DNA of 64,000 bases from the human T2T-CHM13v2.0 reference genome, Homo sapiens, in NCBI RefSeq assembly GCF_009914755.1, contig NC_060930.1; one strand, 5' to 3'. The translations under genes were made by a program, and so were the position numbers. Position 1 is the stretch's first letter. The number at the start of each line of letters is the position of its first letter. Under the pieces are notes generated by a model, which saw nothing but the letters and a program-made list of their open reading frames with translations, searched no databases and was not told the origin of the DNA. Shown piece by piece: positions 62,766 to 64,000 of this stretch.

Positions 62766-64000
62766 GGTATACAGGATCTTGAGTGAGGTTAAATTCTTTA
62801 TGGATGTTGACATTGTTTCAATGCACCTTGGAATGTCACTGTTTTGCTGACAAATGATGATGATTAAGAAATTCTTTGTTTAGATCTTGTGACTGTTTTT
62901 CTTTCATGCAGAAAAGTTGTGCAGCGACCAACCTAAGAAATAGCTACAGAGAACTTGGAAAAGGTCTGGGGAATGCCCAGAATTTGTAATACTTGTCTAT
63001 GGGGAGAGACTGGAGGGGGCAGAGTGTCCAGTGTTGGAAATCCTTCAAAGTATTATTTATCCAGAATGAAGGATTCACCTAGAAAGCTTGGTGTGAAAGG
63101 CTAGGATCTGTCTGGGTGCTCAGCAACATGGCAGAACTAGAGATGCAACTGGTGCACCTGAAATAACCTAACTCTTCACACTGCATCCTTGATTACAAGC
63201 GTTCACTTACAGACCTTCTCTTGAGTGTTGAGATTGCGCTCAACAGCTTTTGAATCACAGCTTTCTGTTCTTCTCGTTCTTCTGCTGAGTCCCTGTGTTG
63301 GCAAGTCACAAGAGCCTCTCTTCACCTATTATTAATAACTTATCTTTGCATGAAGGTAATACTTGTAGGTAATGCATTTTATATCTTTGGGAGAAAGGAG
63401 AGTGGCTCCCAGAGTTTGGCTGCATTTCTTTACCAACTCATGACTTAAGTTTTGAAGAAGTTCATAGTAACTTCTGTGGTGTAAACAGCTGCATATACTT
63501 TAATTTTATTTAGATGTACAGATGGCAGTTATTCTCCAAGATACTTACTTAGGAGTATACTCAGTAAAATTCTATTTGTCCTTATCCCTGAAGTCCATTT
63601 GCTTCTTATTGTTTTGAGTCATTTACTCAGAATGAACAGAAACATAAAGTCATTGCTTTTATTTATCTGGCATCTGTTTGTGTGCAGTTCAGTTAATCCA
63701 GTTTAGGATCAGGGACTGTAAATGTGAAGGGAAATGAAGCAAAGTGAAAAAGCTGACTTGCAAATTGCATCCTGTTTTAAGTCAGGATGGTTTAGAGTGT
63801 TGGCATTCTCCAAACAAACATCATGCCTTTTTGGCATGTCACTGTATTGGGACCACCAGCTTTTTGTTTTTGTTTTTGTTTGGCTATCCTGATGAAATGA
63901 AGTGCTGGATGACCCAGTGCATTTTGTTTTTTTTTTTGAGACGGAGTCTTGCTTGGTTGCCCAGGCTGGAGTGCAGTGGCATGATCTTGGCTCACTGCAA

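Overview
Primate (human-like) genomic DNA, dense in Alu elements, lying inside the TIAM2 (STEF; Rac1 GEF) gene on the + strand. I can reconstruct one probable 111-nt non-coding 5'UTR exon (27438-27548) and four coding exons (29165-30364 with the ATG at 29171, 37126-37561, 44559-44731, 48064-48288). They splice in frame to codons 1-676: a myristoylation-type N-terminus, a low-complexity region, the first PH domain and the following coiled coil. The gene continues past the window. The rest is intron, containing roughly 50 Alus plus L1, L2, MIR, MER20, MER5 and six solo LTRs, and most short ORFs in the track are repeat artefacts. The most interesting observations are: (1) the ATG exon is exactly 1200 nt, so a back-spliced circle would be a stop-free endless ORF, and it is flanked by inverted Alus; (2) a tailless 5'-half tRNA-Ile(TAT) retrocopy, nested with an Alu monomer inside a MIR, with a triplicated target site; (3) a ~97% identical, locally templated inverted copy of an idiosyncratic Alu; (4) uORFs in the UTR exon, one in frame with the main ORF; (5) a candidate TATA promoter or alternative first exon next to a G-rich 39-bp VNTR. 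Repeat boundaries and subfamily names are by eye and approximate.
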